Assembly: GCA_963668315.1 (NCBI GenBank)
Contig: OY764216.1
Coordinates: 1,536,001 to 1,600,000 of the forward strand
Direction: 5' to 3'
Length of the DNA: 64,000 nucleotides
Origin: Spirochaetia bacterium
GTDB lineage: Bacteria > Spirochaetota > Spirochaetia > DSM-2461
A program made the translations under genes and the position numbers. The stretch's first letter is position 1. Every line of letters starts with the position of its first letter. The notes beneath the pieces are model-generated. The model was given only the letters and a program-made list of their open reading frames with translations. It was not told the origin of the DNA and ran no database searches. This document shows positions 30,523-40,776 of the stretch, piece by piece.

Positions 30523-31115
30523 AGCAAATGACTTCCCGCCAGAAAGAGATCTATGACTTTCTCGAGGCTTTTATCGAGCGGGAGGGATATTCGCCGTCCA
30601 TTCGTGAGGTGGCCGGTCACTTCGGCATCTCCGCCATGGGAGCCCGGGATCATCTTCTGGCTCTGGAGAAAAAAGGGTATATTCAGAGCGGCAGCAATAC
30701 GTCCCGTTCCTTTGTCCTGAGCCGGAGCAAAACCGAAGAGGTGCTGGAAATCCCCATACTGGGCCATGTGGCCGCGGGACAGCCCCTTCTGGCCGAGGAA
30801 AATCTTAACGGTTCCGTTAAACTGCCCTCCGCGCTTTTCAGCCATAACAGCCTCTTCGCCCTTTATGTGGAAGGGGACAGTATGATTAATGCCGGCATTT
30901 TCGAGGGGGACCTGGCTATTTTTCATCAGCAGGAACAGGTGGAGAACGGAGAGATTGTCGTGGCCATGGTGGAGGAAGCGGTTACTCTTAAGAGGTTTTA
31001 CCGGGAGAAGAGCCGCGTCAGACTTCAGGCCGAGAATCCCGAGTATTCTCCCATTTATGCCAGCGACATCCGAATCCTCGGCCGTCTTGTTCATCTTATC
31101 AGAAATTACGATTAA
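30519..31115 (+). CDS. lexA: SOS repressor LexA
   Basis: Winged-HTH N-terminus, VAAG cleavage site, GDSM Ser and TLKR Lys. Confidence 0.95.
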   Translation: MKQMTSRQKEIYDFLEAFIEREGYSPSIREVAGHFGISAMGARDHLLALEKKGYIQSGSNTSRSFVLSRSKTEEVLEIPILGHVAAGQPLLAEENLNGSVKLPSALFSHNSLFALYVEGDSMINAGIFEGDLAIFHQQEQVENGEIVVAMVEEAVTLKRFYREKSRVRLQAENPEYSPIYASDIRILGRLVHLIRNYD

Positions 31116-31117
31116 CC

Positions 31118-32071
31118 ATGGAAAGAGTACATCTGCTTCTGGGCCCGGAAGAGGGCCAGAAAAAAGCCTATATAGAGCAAATAAAAGAGAATCTCCGCAA
31201 GGAACTGGGGGAGGAGCCGGAGAATTTCCGGTTTTATCCCGATGAGAAGGATCTCTCGGAGATCATTTCGATTATTTCCAACGGTTCCCTTTTCGCACCC
31301 CATCGGTTTGTCCAGCTGATGAACGTGGATGTTTACAAGGGAAAGCAGCAGAAAAGCCTGATCGATTACCTGTCCGGTCCCGCCGATGACGTCACTCTCG
31401 TCATGGTCAGCGAAAAGAATAGTGTCGATAAGAAACTGGAGAATGTCGTCCCCAAAAACGGAAGGAAAGTATTCTGGGAACTGTTTGAACGGGATCGTAA
31501 GAGCTGGGTTTATCAGTTTTTCCGGGAAAAGCGTATCAATATTGAGTCCGAAGCCGTGGATGACCTTCTGGAAATGGTGGAGAGCAATACGGAAGAACTG
31601 AAGAAAGCCTGCACCCTGCTGAACTTTTATTTTGGAGAGGGCTCGGAGATCGGAACTGACGATGTGGACCGTATCCTCTATCACAGCAAAGAGGAGAGCG
31701 TCTTTACCCTTTTTGATAAAATCGCCGCCCGGGATATGGAGGGCGCTTTGGAAAGCTACGCCAAGATTCGTCTTTCCGCTTCGGGAGAGATGGTTCAGAT
31801 ACTGGGGGGGCTTCTGTGGCAGATCAAGAAACTGCTGGATACGGCCCTGCTCCTGGAGGGGGGGATGAATCCTCAGCAGGCATTTACCCAGTTGAAAATC
31901 TTCGGCAAAAAGAGACAGTCCCTCTTTCTTCAGGGCACGAGAAACTACTCCTCCGCCGAACTGCAGAGGGCCGTCATGCTTATTGCCGAATACGACAGCA
32001 ACGCCCGCTCCTCCCGCAAGGAGATGCAGAAACCCATGATGGATATCTTCTTTTACGAGCTGATGCGCTAA
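31118..32071 (+). CDS. holA: DNA polymerase III delta subunit
   Basis: HLLLGPEEG, SLF motif, ESVFTLFD clamp-loader pattern. Confidence 0.88.
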   Translation: MERVHLLLGPEEGQKKAYIEQIKENLRKELGEEPENFRFYPDEKDLSEIISIISNGSLFAPHRFVQLMNVDVYKGKQQKSLIDYLSGPADDVTLVMVSEKNSVDKKLENVVPKNGRKVFWELFERDRKSWVYQFFREKRINIESEAVDDLLEMVESNTEELKKACTLLNFYFGEGSEIGTDDVDRILYHSKEESVFTLFDKIAARDMEGALESYAKIRLSASGEMVQILGGLLWQIKKLLDTALLLEGGMNPQQAFTQLKIFGKKRQSLFLQGTRNYSSAELQRAVMLIAEYDSNARSSRKEMQKPMMDIFFYELMR

Positions 32072-33939
32072 TCCTGGGAGGACGTATTTTCGGCGTCGGG
32101 ATTGTAGTGCAGAATCCTTATGGTCTGGGTCGCCCGGCGATGACGGATTTTGACATACAGGGTGTTCTTGGACGCATCATAGAGCCATCCGTCGGAGTAA
32201 CGCTGAAAGCTTCTGTCGCTCTTCCAGCGGATGCCGTGCATCTGAAGCTCCGTAAAGGGCGGGATTCCCCGAATAATGAAATAATGCTCCGAACCGATGG
32301 GAAAGTCCACGTTTATGACCGTTTCCCGGGGCGTGCTGTTCACTGTCATTTTTGAGGAAGCCGTATAAGCCCAGGCTCCGGCGCCCAGCTGGTTTTTCAG
32401 GCTGATTCTCCGGGGCCGGTAGGCGGAATTGCTCAGGAGGGTATATACCTCTTCGGGGGGAATCGATCCCTCCTGCTCCGCCTCGGACTGGTTGTTGTAT
32501 ACGATTTTCTCCGGCAGATATCCATTGATATCGCTGTACTTGAGGCAGGACAGAATATATTTCCAGCCCGATGCCAGAAGCTCTTCATCATCCAGAATCT
32601 CGGAATAGCGGATCAGCAGATTACCGAACCGCAGGGTCGGTCGAATCTCAGCGATGCCCTGATCGTCAAAGAGAAGCAGGTCGTCCTTTATCCAGAACGT
32701 ACGGCCCTGCAGAATCTCTATGATACGGGCCAGGCTGTTATTGTTATCCCCTGTGGGGTTCTTTTCCATATATTCAAGCTGGATGGCCATGCGGCCGAGA
32801 AGATTATCGAAAGAACCGTCTCCGTTCACCCCATGGACCGCCATGTCAAAGAGGGCGCCCGTCTCCCGGTACAGCTCCACCTGGGAATCGAAGAAATCGA
32901 CCAGGCCGTCGAAGGAGAAGAGATCTTCGTTGCCTTCGGAAAGATAATCCTCGTAGGTGCTGGCTTTTCTCCAGTCATCCACCATCAGGGCATTTCCCTT
33001 GTCGACCACGTCGTCAAAGAAGGGCGAAGAGTAGGCCGTCATCTGGGAAGACTGGCGGGATACGCCGCCCTGGAGCATGGAGACGGCATTGTCGTACTGT
33101 CCCTTCGAAAGAGCGCCCATGACAAAGGAGACAAGGCCGTCTTCGGAAAAATAGGTGGTGTTGTCCTCATCGGGGCGGGTGATAAGTCCCGTGCGGGTAT
33201 CCAGATGGTTCTGGAGCGACTGAATCACCCGGTCGAAAAACTGGTCAAGGGACGTATTGTAGATCATGCTGTTGAGAAGGGCGCCTTCCTTTTCATACCA
33301 GTCGGCCAGGCTCCTTCCTGTGCCGGAGAGGGTCTCTTCCAGCACGATGCTCTTGATGATGTTGTTGGAGACATTCAAATATATTCTGTTGTCCTCCAGG
33401 TCCATGACCGTATCGGAGGGAATGGTTATGTAGTAATTTTCTTCACTTTTGGTCAGCTTATACAGCTCGTTGTTATCCTCTTTTACCAGGGAGAAGCCGG
33501 GAACCGCTCCCGCCGGAAGGGTTACTTCATTAATCGGCGGAATCGTCAGGGGAAGGTTGGGCAAAAGGGTAACCTTTTTGCTGTGGATATCCGATATAAA
33601 GATAAGGGACACGTTTTTATCAAAATTAACGGTAATCCGGTCGTTTTCCGCCGTATACTCCTGCAGTGTCAGAGGGTGTTCGATCCCGTCGCTGGTCTTT
33701 ATGACAAGCTGGGAAAAGGGCGTGAAATCGAATTCCATGCCGTTAAAGGAGAGAACGAGATTTCTCGTTTTAACCGGAGCAAGAAGGGAACCGGTGGTGC
33801 GCCGGCCGATATAGCTGATATTGCCCACCACACCGCTGAACCGCTCCAGCTTGATAAAGTGAAGTGTCAGGAAATAAAGAGACGTTAAGACGAGCAGGAA
33901 AGGGGCAAGCAGATATCTTCTGGGTATACCGGTTTTCAT
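32068..33939 (-). CDS. Hypothetical membrane-anchored protein (about 620 aa)
   Basis: Long ORF with an N-terminal TM. Start MKTGIP chosen because the longer start overlaps the divergent gene and a promoter precedes 33939. Confidence 0.7.
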   Translation of the reverse strand: MKTGIPRRYLLAPFLLVLTSLYFLTLHFIKLERFSGVVGNISYIGRRTTGSLLAPVKTRNLVLSFNGMEFDFTPFSQLVIKTSDGIEHPLTLQEYTAENDRITVNFDKNVSLIFISDIHSKKVTLLPNLPLTIPPINEVTLPAGAVPGFSLVKEDNNELYKLTKSEENYYITIPSDTVMDLEDNRIYLNVSNNIIKSIVLEETLSGTGRSLADWYEKEGALLNSMIYNTSLDQFFDRVIQSLQNHLDTRTGLITRPDEDNTTYFSEDGLVSFVMGALSKGQYDNAVSMLQGGVSRQSSQMTAYSSPFFDDVVDKGNALMVDDWRKASTYEDYLSEGNEDLFSFDGLVDFFDSQVELYRETGALFDMAVHGVNGDGSFDNLLGRMAIQLEYMEKNPTGDNNNSLARIIEILQGRTFWIKDDLLLFDDQGIAEIRPTLRFGNLLIRYSEILDDEELLASGWKYILSCLKYSDINGYLPEKIVYNNQSEAEQEGSIPPEEVYTLLSNSAYRPRRISLKNQLGAGAWAYTASSKMTVNSTPRETVINVDFPIGSEHYFIIRGIPPFTELQMHGIRWKSDRSFQRYSDGWLYDASKNTLYVKIRHRRATQTIRILHYNPDAENTSSQD

Positions 33940-34051
33940 TGAATAGATACTACCCCATGCGGAGTAAATATTCAACTCCCGCTGTACATGAACCTGTCCT
34001 GCTGTTATATTGATCTGAGCCGAAATTCGTCTCTTGAAGGAGTATTGAAAA

Positions 34052-35491
34052 ATGTTTAAAAGGCTATTCCTTTTCTCTGCGGGACTGGTGCTGCTGCCTG
34101 TCCTTTTCACCGGATGTCTATCCCTGGCCGCGGCGGATAATCCCGAGCCGGAGAAACCTTCGGCAGAGGCTCAGGGCGAACCTGTCCCATCCGCCGAAGC
34201 AGAGGAAGACTGGACCGGAGAGCTGGCTGCGCTTCAGGAGACGGGCGATAGGGCGGGAATGCTGGCCCTTCTGGATGAACACAGAACGGAGCTGAACGGG
34301 GAGCAGGGCTCCCTTTATATGTCCCTTCTCATGGCGGAGTCACGCCTGGATGAAGCGGAGGAAGTGGGGCGGGAACTGCTGGATGCCATGCCGGAGGATG
34401 TAAGCGTCCTTTATATGAACGCCCTGATCATGGATATGGAAGGAAGGGGAGAAGACGCCCTGGAGCTCATTGACAGGGCTTACGGGCTGGATGCGTCCGA
34501 TCCCGACGTCAACCTGTTCATGGCCGAAATGGAACTGCGCGATAAGGACTACCGTCAGGCGGATAAGTACCTGAGCGTTGTCCTGGAAAAGGAGCCGGAC
34601 AATTTTTCCGCCCTGGTGGCCAAGGCCGACGTTCTCATGCACCTGGGGCAGGGCAACGACGATCTGAACAAGAAATTCCTGACCGACGCCGTGAAAGTCC
34701 TTGACCGGGTGGAGGAAATCGCCCCCGATTATGTCTATACCTATGTGGACCGTTCCCGCGCTCTGGCCGTTCTGGGCAATACGGCGCGCGCCATGAAGGA
34801 TCTGGATAAGGCGGTCGAGCTGGAACCGGATGTGGAGTGGCACTATCTGGACCGGGTCGTGCTGAACCTGAAATATTTCGGGTGGCTGGACAAAGCCTTG
34901 GAAGACCTGAAGACTCTGGAGTCGATAAATCCGGATAATCTCTTCGCCCATATTTACTCCGCCGGTGTCTACGACGATATGGGGGATTATGACACGGCCC
35001 TCAGTTATTATGAGAAAGTGATAGAGGCAAGACCCGATTATGCCTATTCCTATGAGGGAGCCGGAAAAATTTACTATATCAAAGGAAATTACGCCAAGGC
35101 TGAATACTGTTTTCTCAAAGCCTATGAATTGATTTATCCCTATGAAGGGTATATACTGATGGCCGCTCTGGCCATGAAAAATCAGGGCGATAACTTCCGG
35201 GCGAAGGAAATCCTCCAGGATACATTGAAGACCCTGGACAGGGAAAGCCTTATGTACGAAGTTTTCCGTTACGCCAAAGAGGGGGGATCGGATTTCTTCC
35301 TGACCGGAGAAATAGCCAAAGAAACCGATGCCGACGCACGCAATAAAGCCTGGTTCTATCTGGGCGAATTGTACCTTCTGCAGGATTCTCCCCGGTCGGC
35401 TCAGGCCGCCTTTATGAATTTAAGCGAAGAACACGATTCTTTTGAGGCGGATATCGCCAACTGGCACAACGAACAAGGAGTTAACAGATAA
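34052..35491 (+). CDS. TPR-repeat lipoprotein
   Basis: FTGC lipobox and multiple TPR-like helical repeats. Confidence 0.85.
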   Translation: MFKRLFLFSAGLVLLPVLFTGCLSLAAADNPEPEKPSAEAQGEPVPSAEAEEDWTGELAALQETGDRAGMLALLDEHRTELNGEQGSLYMSLLMAESRLDEAEEVGRELLDAMPEDVSVLYMNALIMDMEGRGEDALELIDRAYGLDASDPDVNLFMAEMELRDKDYRQADKYLSVVLEKEPDNFSALVAKADVLMHLGQGNDDLNKKFLTDAVKVLDRVEEIAPDYVYTYVDRSRALAVLGNTARAMKDLDKAVELEPDVEWHYLDRVVLNLKYFGWLDKALEDLKTLESINPDNLFAHIYSAGVYDDMGDYDTALSYYEKVIEARPDYAYSYEGAGKIYYIKGNYAKAEYCFLKAYELIYPYEGYILMAALAMKNQGDNFRAKEILQDTLKTLDRESLMYEVFRYAKEGGSDFFLTGEIAKETDADARNKAWFYLGELYLLQDSPRSAQAAFMNLSEEHDSFEADIANWHNEQGVNR

Positions 35492-36691
35492 ATGGGAGCA
35501 ATAACCGTTCATAACGAGTCGGATACGGTCAATAGGATTAAGCTGGAAGACAAAGAGATCGTTCTGATAGGAACGGCCCATATCTCGGCGGAGAGCTCCC
35601 TTGAGGTCCGCCGGGCCATAGAAGAGGAAGAGCCCGACCACGTCTGTATCGAACTGGATTCGGGCCGCTACAAAACGCTGGAGGAAGGAAACAACCTGAA
35701 AAACATGGACCTTTCCAAAATTTTCAGGGAAGGAAAGGGTTTCCTTGTCATGGCCAATCTGGTCCTCAGCTCCTTCCAGCAGAAGATGGGCGCCGAACTG
35801 GGAACGAGATCGGGGGACGAGATGCGGGCCGCCCTGGATATAGCCAAAGAGCGGGGCATCAGCTTCTCCTTCGACGACAGGCCCATTCAGACTACCCTGC
35901 AGCGTGCCTGGGCCAAGTGCAACCTCTGGAATAAGCTGAAGCTCCTTTCCGTCCTCATCTCCAGTGCTTTCTCCAATGAGAAGATCAGTGAAGAGGAGCT
36001 GGAGGAACTGAAGAAGAGCAGTGCCATCGAGAATATGATGGGGGAACTGGCCGATTTTCTTCCCCCCGTCAAGGAAGTGCTTATCGATGAGAGGGACCAG
36101 TATCTGGCCACCAATATCTTCCAGTCGAAGGGGACAAAGGTTGTCGCCGTCATTGGGGCGGGGCACGCACCCGGATTGATCGGCTGGCTCCGGAAACTGG
36201 CCGCCGGTGAGGTCGACGGCTCCCTGGAAGAGATTTCAGAGATCCCTCCCAAGAAAGCGGGGGCGAAGATTCTGCCCTGGATCATTCCTGTCATTATCGT
36301 CGCCCTATTTGTTCTGGGGGGACTTCAGGGAATGGATACGCTCAAATCCATGGGACTGGCCTGGATTCTGGGAAACGGTATCTGCGCCGCCGTGGGCTCT
36401 CTTCTCGCCCTGGCCCGTCCGCAGACAATTCTCATCTCCTTTGTGGCGGCTCCCATCACTTCTATGAACCCCACCATCGGCGTCGGTTTCGTCACGGGGC
36501 TTCTGGAGTATTTCTTCCGCAAGCCCAAAGTGAAGGATCTGGAGAATCTGAGCAAGGACGCCGGTTCCCTCAAGGGGTGGTACAGGAACCGGGTGACCCG
36601 GGTGCTTCTGGTCTTTTTTCTCTCCAGTCTGGGCAGTTCCATAGGTACATTCTGGGCCGGGGCAAGAATTGCCATGATTTTTGCCGGATAA
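35492..36691 (+). CDS. TraB/PrgY/GumN-family protein
   Basis: LIGTAHIS, CIELD, DRPIQTTL, LIDERD, VIGAGH, C-terminal TM helices. Confidence 0.9.
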   Translation: MGAITVHNESDTVNRIKLEDKEIVLIGTAHISAESSLEVRRAIEEEEPDHVCIELDSGRYKTLEEGNNLKNMDLSKIFREGKGFLVMANLVLSSFQQKMGAELGTRSGDEMRAALDIAKERGISFSFDDRPIQTTLQRAWAKCNLWNKLKLLSVLISSAFSNEKISEEELEELKKSSAIENMMGELADFLPPVKEVLIDERDQYLATNIFQSKGTKVVAVIGAGHAPGLIGWLRKLAAGEVDGSLEEISEIPPKKAGAKILPWIIPVIIVALFVLGGLQGMDTLKSMGLAWILGNGICAAVGSLLALARPQTILISFVAAPITSMNPTIGVGFVTGLLEYFFRKPKVKDLENLSKDAGSLKGWYRNRVTRVLLVFFLSSLGSSIGTFWAGARIAMIFAG

Positions 36692-36765
36692 AACTTGATT
36701 TATAGGATTTCATCAATTACGATTATTACAGAAATTTAATTAATGTAATAATAGAAGGTGACAAA

Positions 36766-38352
36766 ATGAAATCTATTGCAGCAAAAATCTTTTTATTCGC
36801 TCTGTCCATCATCATTGTTCTGGCCGGTCTCGGACTCTTTATTTCCGCTGCCGGTCTGGAAAATCTTTCTTCCCAAATAAGCGAATCCTCCCTGACCATG
36901 AAAGTTCAGGGTGATATGGAATCTCTGGTAATGGCTTTCCGCTATGAGTACGGCGATGTCCGGATCGAATCCGGCCGTCTGCTGGATGAGAGGGGAGAAG
37001 CCGTTGACGATTATGCTTTCATCGATAATTTAGCCTCGAAACTGGGAATCACAGCGACGGTTTTTATAAAGGATGGTAACGATTACCTCCGTATCCTCAC
37101 CAATATTCTCAAGGAAGACGGTTCCCGCGCTGTGGGAACGTATCTGGGAAGGGAGAGCGCCGCCTTTCAGTCCATCACTTCGGGTAAGCGATTTCTGGGA
37201 CGGGCTACGATTCTGGGGAACCCCTATCTCACCGCCTATGATCCTCTTAAGGACAGAGCGGGGAAGGTTATCGGAATCCTCTATGTCGGTATTCCCGAAA
37301 AGGAGATCGCCGATCTGGCCAGAAAGGAAACACGGCGGACTCTGATCACCATGGTGATATCCCTTGTGGGAGTTTCCCTCGTCATTCTTCTTCTGGCCCT
37401 TTATATCAGCCGGCGCATGTCGCAGCCGATCAAAGAGGGGGTGCAGTTCACCGGGAAGATTGCCGACGGGGTACTTTCCGCCTCCATTGACAGGGCTTAT
37501 CTTGAACGGGAGGATGAAATTGGTCTTCTCGTGGGCTCGATCGAGGAGCTGAAAAAGAAACTGAGCCATATTATCAGCCAGGTTTACGTCTCCTCGGGGG
37601 AGATTTCCCAGAAGAGCAGCTATCTGAATGATGCCTCCAACGACATTGCCTCGGGCGCTTCGGAGCAGGCCTCGGCGGTGGAGGAAATCTCCGCTTCCAT
37701 GGAAGAGATGAGCAGCAATATTCAACAGAATGCGAATAATGCCAGAAGAACCCGGGAGATCGCCGAGAGGGTTTCCGGTAAAGCCGAGGAGAGCGGAGAA
37801 TCCATGCGCCGCGCCGTGGTATCGGTCGGTCAGATAACCGAAAAAATCTCCGTGGTGGAGGAAATCGCCCGTCAGACCAATATGCTGGCCCTGAACGCCG
37901 CCATCGAGGCGGCCCGGGCGGGAGAATACGGCCGGGGATTCGCCGTTGTCGCGGAGGAAGTGAGAAGGCTGGCCGAGAAGAGCCGCCAGGCCTCCCTTGA
38001 AATCGGTGAACTTTCCCAGACAACACTTCGTATTTCTGAAGAGGCGGGCCGAATGCTTACGGAACTGGTCCCCGAAGTCCGGGAAACGGCCAGTCTGGTA
38101 CTGGATATCGATACGGCTTCGGAAGAACAGCGCATCGGGGCCGACCAGATTAATCAGGCGATTCTTCAGCTGGACGAAATCATTCAGAAGAACGCCGCCA
38201 TGGCGGAGGAGACAACCATGTCCGCATCGGCCATGGCGGAGCAGTCCGTACAGCTTCAGCAGATCATGTCCTACTTTGATCTGGATGAGACAGAAAGGTT
38301 CATAGCCCTTGACAATGAAGAAGAAAAGGATAAAATGCCCCTATTGGTATGA
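36766..38352 (+). CDS. Methyl-accepting chemotaxis protein (Cache sensor)
   Basis: TM-Cache-[36 protein letters not shown]. Confidence 0.95.
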   Translation: MKSIAAKIFLFALSIIIVLAGLGLFISAAGLENLSSQISESSLTMKVQGDMESLVMAFRYEYGDVRIESGRLLDERGEAVDDYAFIDNLASKLGITATVFIKDGNDYLRILTNILKEDGSRAVGTYLGRESAAFQSITSGKRFLGRATILGNPYLTAYDPLKDRAGKVIGILYVGIPEKEIADLARKETRRTLITMVISLVGVSLVILLLALYISRRMSQPIKEGVQFTGKIADGVLSASIDRAYLEREDEIGLLVGSIEELKKKLSHIISQVYVSSGEISQKSSYLNDASNDIASGASEQASAVEEISASMEEMSSNIQQNANNARRTREIAERVSGKAEESGESMRRAVVSVGQITEKISVVEEIARQTNMLALNAAIEAARAGEYGRGFAVVAEEVRRLAEKSRQASLEIGELSQTTLRISEEAGRMLTELVPEVRETASLVLDIDTASEEQRIGADQINQAILQLDEIIQKNAAMAEETTMSASAMAEQSVQLQQIMSYFDLDETERFIALDNEEEKDKMPLLV

Positions 38353-39110
38353 TAAACGCAGTTTTCCTTCTGGTTCTGAAATATATTCTTCTCTTCTCCC
38401 TGGGTTCTATAAGCGGATGGGTCATTGAACTCTTCTGGCGACGCTACCGGGGAAAGGCCAGAAGGTGGATCAATCCGGGGTTCCTGAACGGGCCCTGGCT
38501 TCCCCTCTACGGTTTCGGGTGCATCGTCCTCTATCTACTCTGTCTGCCCGGCTGGCCCGTTTATATAAGGGGACCCGTCTTCCTCGCCGTACTTACCGTG
38601 CTTGAGCTCCTGGCGGGCCTTATCTTTATCGGTCATTTCAAGATACAGCTCTGGGACTACTCGAAAAACCGTGGTAATATCCGGGGGCTTATCTGCCCCC
38701 TCTACAGTTTTTTCTGGATGGTGCTGGGACTTCTTTTTTCCTATTTCGTCTATCCCTATCTGGAGGACATGGCCAGGGCTCTCAACGAGCACAGGGAACT
38801 CTCCTTTTTTATCGGCATCTACGGGGGACTGATCTCCACCGATCTGTGGCAATCCTTCAATCTGGCCCTGCGCCTCAAGGGTTTCGTGCGCGAAACGGAG
38901 GAGCGGTGGCTGGTGGATTTCGAGAAATTCAAGCTGGAACTGCGGGATCGGGTGCAGGAGGACATCATCAACCGCACCCATTTCTTTCTCCCCTTTCACG
39001 GAGAGCTGGGCGGTTCACTCAGGGAGCAGCTTAAGCGGCACAAACGTGATCTGCCCCTTCCTCTGGCTCCGCTCAGGAAAGTCCTGGATAAGCGCCATAG
39101 AACGCGCTAA
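38349..39110 (+). CDS. Putative ABC-transporter type IV / TMEM229-like membrane protein
   Basis: [29 protein letters not shown]. Confidence 0.8.
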   Translation: MINAVFLLVLKYILLFSLGSISGWVIELFWRRYRGKARRWINPGFLNGPWLPLYGFGCIVLYLLCLPGWPVYIRGPVFLAVLTVLELLAGLIFIGHFKIQLWDYSKNRGNIRGLICPLYSFFWMVLGLLFSYFVYPYLEDMARALNEHRELSFFIGIYGGLISTDLWQSFNLALRLKGFVRETEERWLVDFEKFKLELRDRVQEDIINRTHFFLPFHGELGGSLREQLKRHKRDLPLPLAPLRKVLDKRHRTR

Positions 39111-39349
39111 AGGCGAAGCTGGTCCATATCCAGCTCCATGTCCTCCATCTTCTTCATTATGAAGTTCCGTGAGTGGGAGATCCCCAGGTTATAGAGCTCC
39201 TTTCCGACCTTTTCCGTCATGAAATCCAGAAGCAGCTCCGCCTTAAGCAGGCCTATCTCCTGGTCCCATTCTTCATCGATATAGCTGATCAGTTCTTCAA
39301 CAAGTTTCTGCTTCTGATCTTTTTCCAGGTTGAGGGGGGATTTTTTCAT
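39107..39349 (-). CDS. DUF2164-family protein
   Basis: EIGLLKAELLLDF...YNLGI pattern, AGGAG SD. Confidence 0.75.
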   Translation of the reverse strand: MKKSPLNLEKDQKQKLVEELISYIDEEWDQEIGLLKAELLLDFMTEKVGKELYNLGISHSRNFIMKKMEDMELDMDQLRL

Positions 39350-39384
39350 GTTAGCTCCTTATCCGGGATCGGGGCGGTTTTTTA

Positions 39385-40764
39385 TCAGTCCCGCCTGTCC
39401 GGTTCTCTTTTCATCCAGGGAAGGGTCCCGAAATCTTTGACATTGGTAATATTCAGAAGAGTCAGACCTTCCGGTGCCGAACCTTTCCGGCCTTTTCCGG
39501 GAAGCAGCATGGTTTTGTATCCCGTATCGGCGGCCGCTTTGATCCGCCTCTCCCTATGGGACACCGGCTGTATCTCCCCGGCCAGGGTCAGCTCGCCCAG
39601 GGCCAGAAAATCGCCGGGAAGGCAGAGGCCCGTCCTGGCCGAGAAGAGTGCCAGGGCGAGGGGCAGGTCGGCTCCCGTCTCGGTGATGCGGAGGCCCCGC
39701 GCCACATTGATGTAAATATCCTGGTCGGAGAAACGCAGGCCTCCGTGTTTTTCCAGAATGGCGGCGATGCGGGACACGCGGTTCTGGTCGAGCCGGTCGG
39801 AGTAGATGCGTGAAAGGCTTCCCTTGGCCGGAACGGTCAGCGCCTGAATCTCGACCAGCAGCACCCGGCTCCCTTCGTAAAGGGTAGCGGTCGCCGTTCC
39901 TGCCGGGGGCGGCCCTTCCCGGTGTACGAGGAACAGTCCCGAGGTGTCCTTCACTTCCTCAAGCCCTTCGCCCCCCATACGGAAAAGTCCCAGCTCGTCG
40001 GTGGAGCCGAAACGGTTTTTCTGGGCCCTCAGCATACGCAGATCACTGCCGGACTCCTCGAAATAGAGAACCGTATCGACCAGATGCTCAATCGCCTTGG
40101 GGCCGGCTATGGCTCCTTCCTTGGTCACATGGGCCACGAGGAAGAGCACCGCACCCAGCTCCTTGGCGGCGCGGATCAGTTCAAAGCAGCAAAGCTTGAG
40201 CTGGTTTACCGTTCCGGGGACTTCCCCCGCCGCGTCGGTAATCAGGGTCTGAATGGAATCGATGATAATAAGGGACGGCTTGTGCTCCGTCAGAACGGGA
40301 AGAATCTCTTCCAGGCGGGAACCGGTGAATACAAGAGGTCGTTCCAGATCGATTTTAAGGCGCTTTCCCCTCTGTTTGATCTGGGCGGCCGACTCTTCGC
40401 CGGAGACATAGAGGACGGAGCCCTCCGTTTTTACCCGGGAGGCCAGCTGCAGCAGAAGGGTGGATTTTCCTATGCCCGGTTCGCCGCCGATCAGTACGGA
40501 GGAACCGCTCGTGATACCCGATCCCAGGAGGCGGTTCAGCTCGGGGAAGCCCGAATCGATCCGCACATGGTCCGGTTCGGCCACCTCGGCCAGACTCTGG
40601 ACCCGGGCCGGTTCGGCCGCCGCCTGATGGACGGAGCTTTTACCCTTGGCCGGTTTAAACTCGGTAAAACTGTTCCAGCTGTCGCAGCTGGGGCAGCGGC
40701 CGAGCCATTTAGGCTCGGTGTGTCCGCACTCCTTGCACAGGTATTGTGTCTTCTCCCGGGCCAT
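39385..40764 (-). CDS. radA: DNA repair protein RadA/Sms
   Basis: C4 zinc finger, GGEPGIGKST, KNRFG, Lon-like C-terminal domain. Confidence 0.97.
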   Translation of the reverse strand: MAREKTQYLCKECGHTEPKWLGRCPSCDSWNSFTEFKPAKGKSSVHQAAAEPARVQSLAEVAEPDHVRIDSGFPELNRLLGSGITSGSSVLIGGEPGIGKSTLLLQLASRVKTEGSVLYVSGEESAAQIKQRGKRLKIDLERPLVFTGSRLEEILPVLTEHKPSLIIIDSIQTLITDAAGEVPGTVNQLKLCCFELIRAAKELGAVLFLVAHVTKEGAIAGPKAIEHLVDTVLYFEESGSDLRMLRAQKNRFGSTDELGLFRMGGEGLEEVKDTSGLFLVHREGPPPAGTATATLYEGSRVLLVEIQALTVPAKGSLSRIYSDRLDQNRVSRIAAILEKHGGLRFSDQDIYINVARGLRITETGADLPLALALFSARTGLCLPGDFLALGELTLAGEIQPVSHRERRIKAAADTGYKTMLLPGKGRKGSAPEGLTLLNITNVKDFGTLPWMKREPDRRD

Positions 40765-40776
40765 GGCGCAGGATTT

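Noticed and set aside
35492..36691. TraB-family gene as a sign of a conjugative element
   Set aside because: This TraB/PrgY/GumN family is a common chromosomal protein, and no relaxase, T4SS or integrase is nearby.
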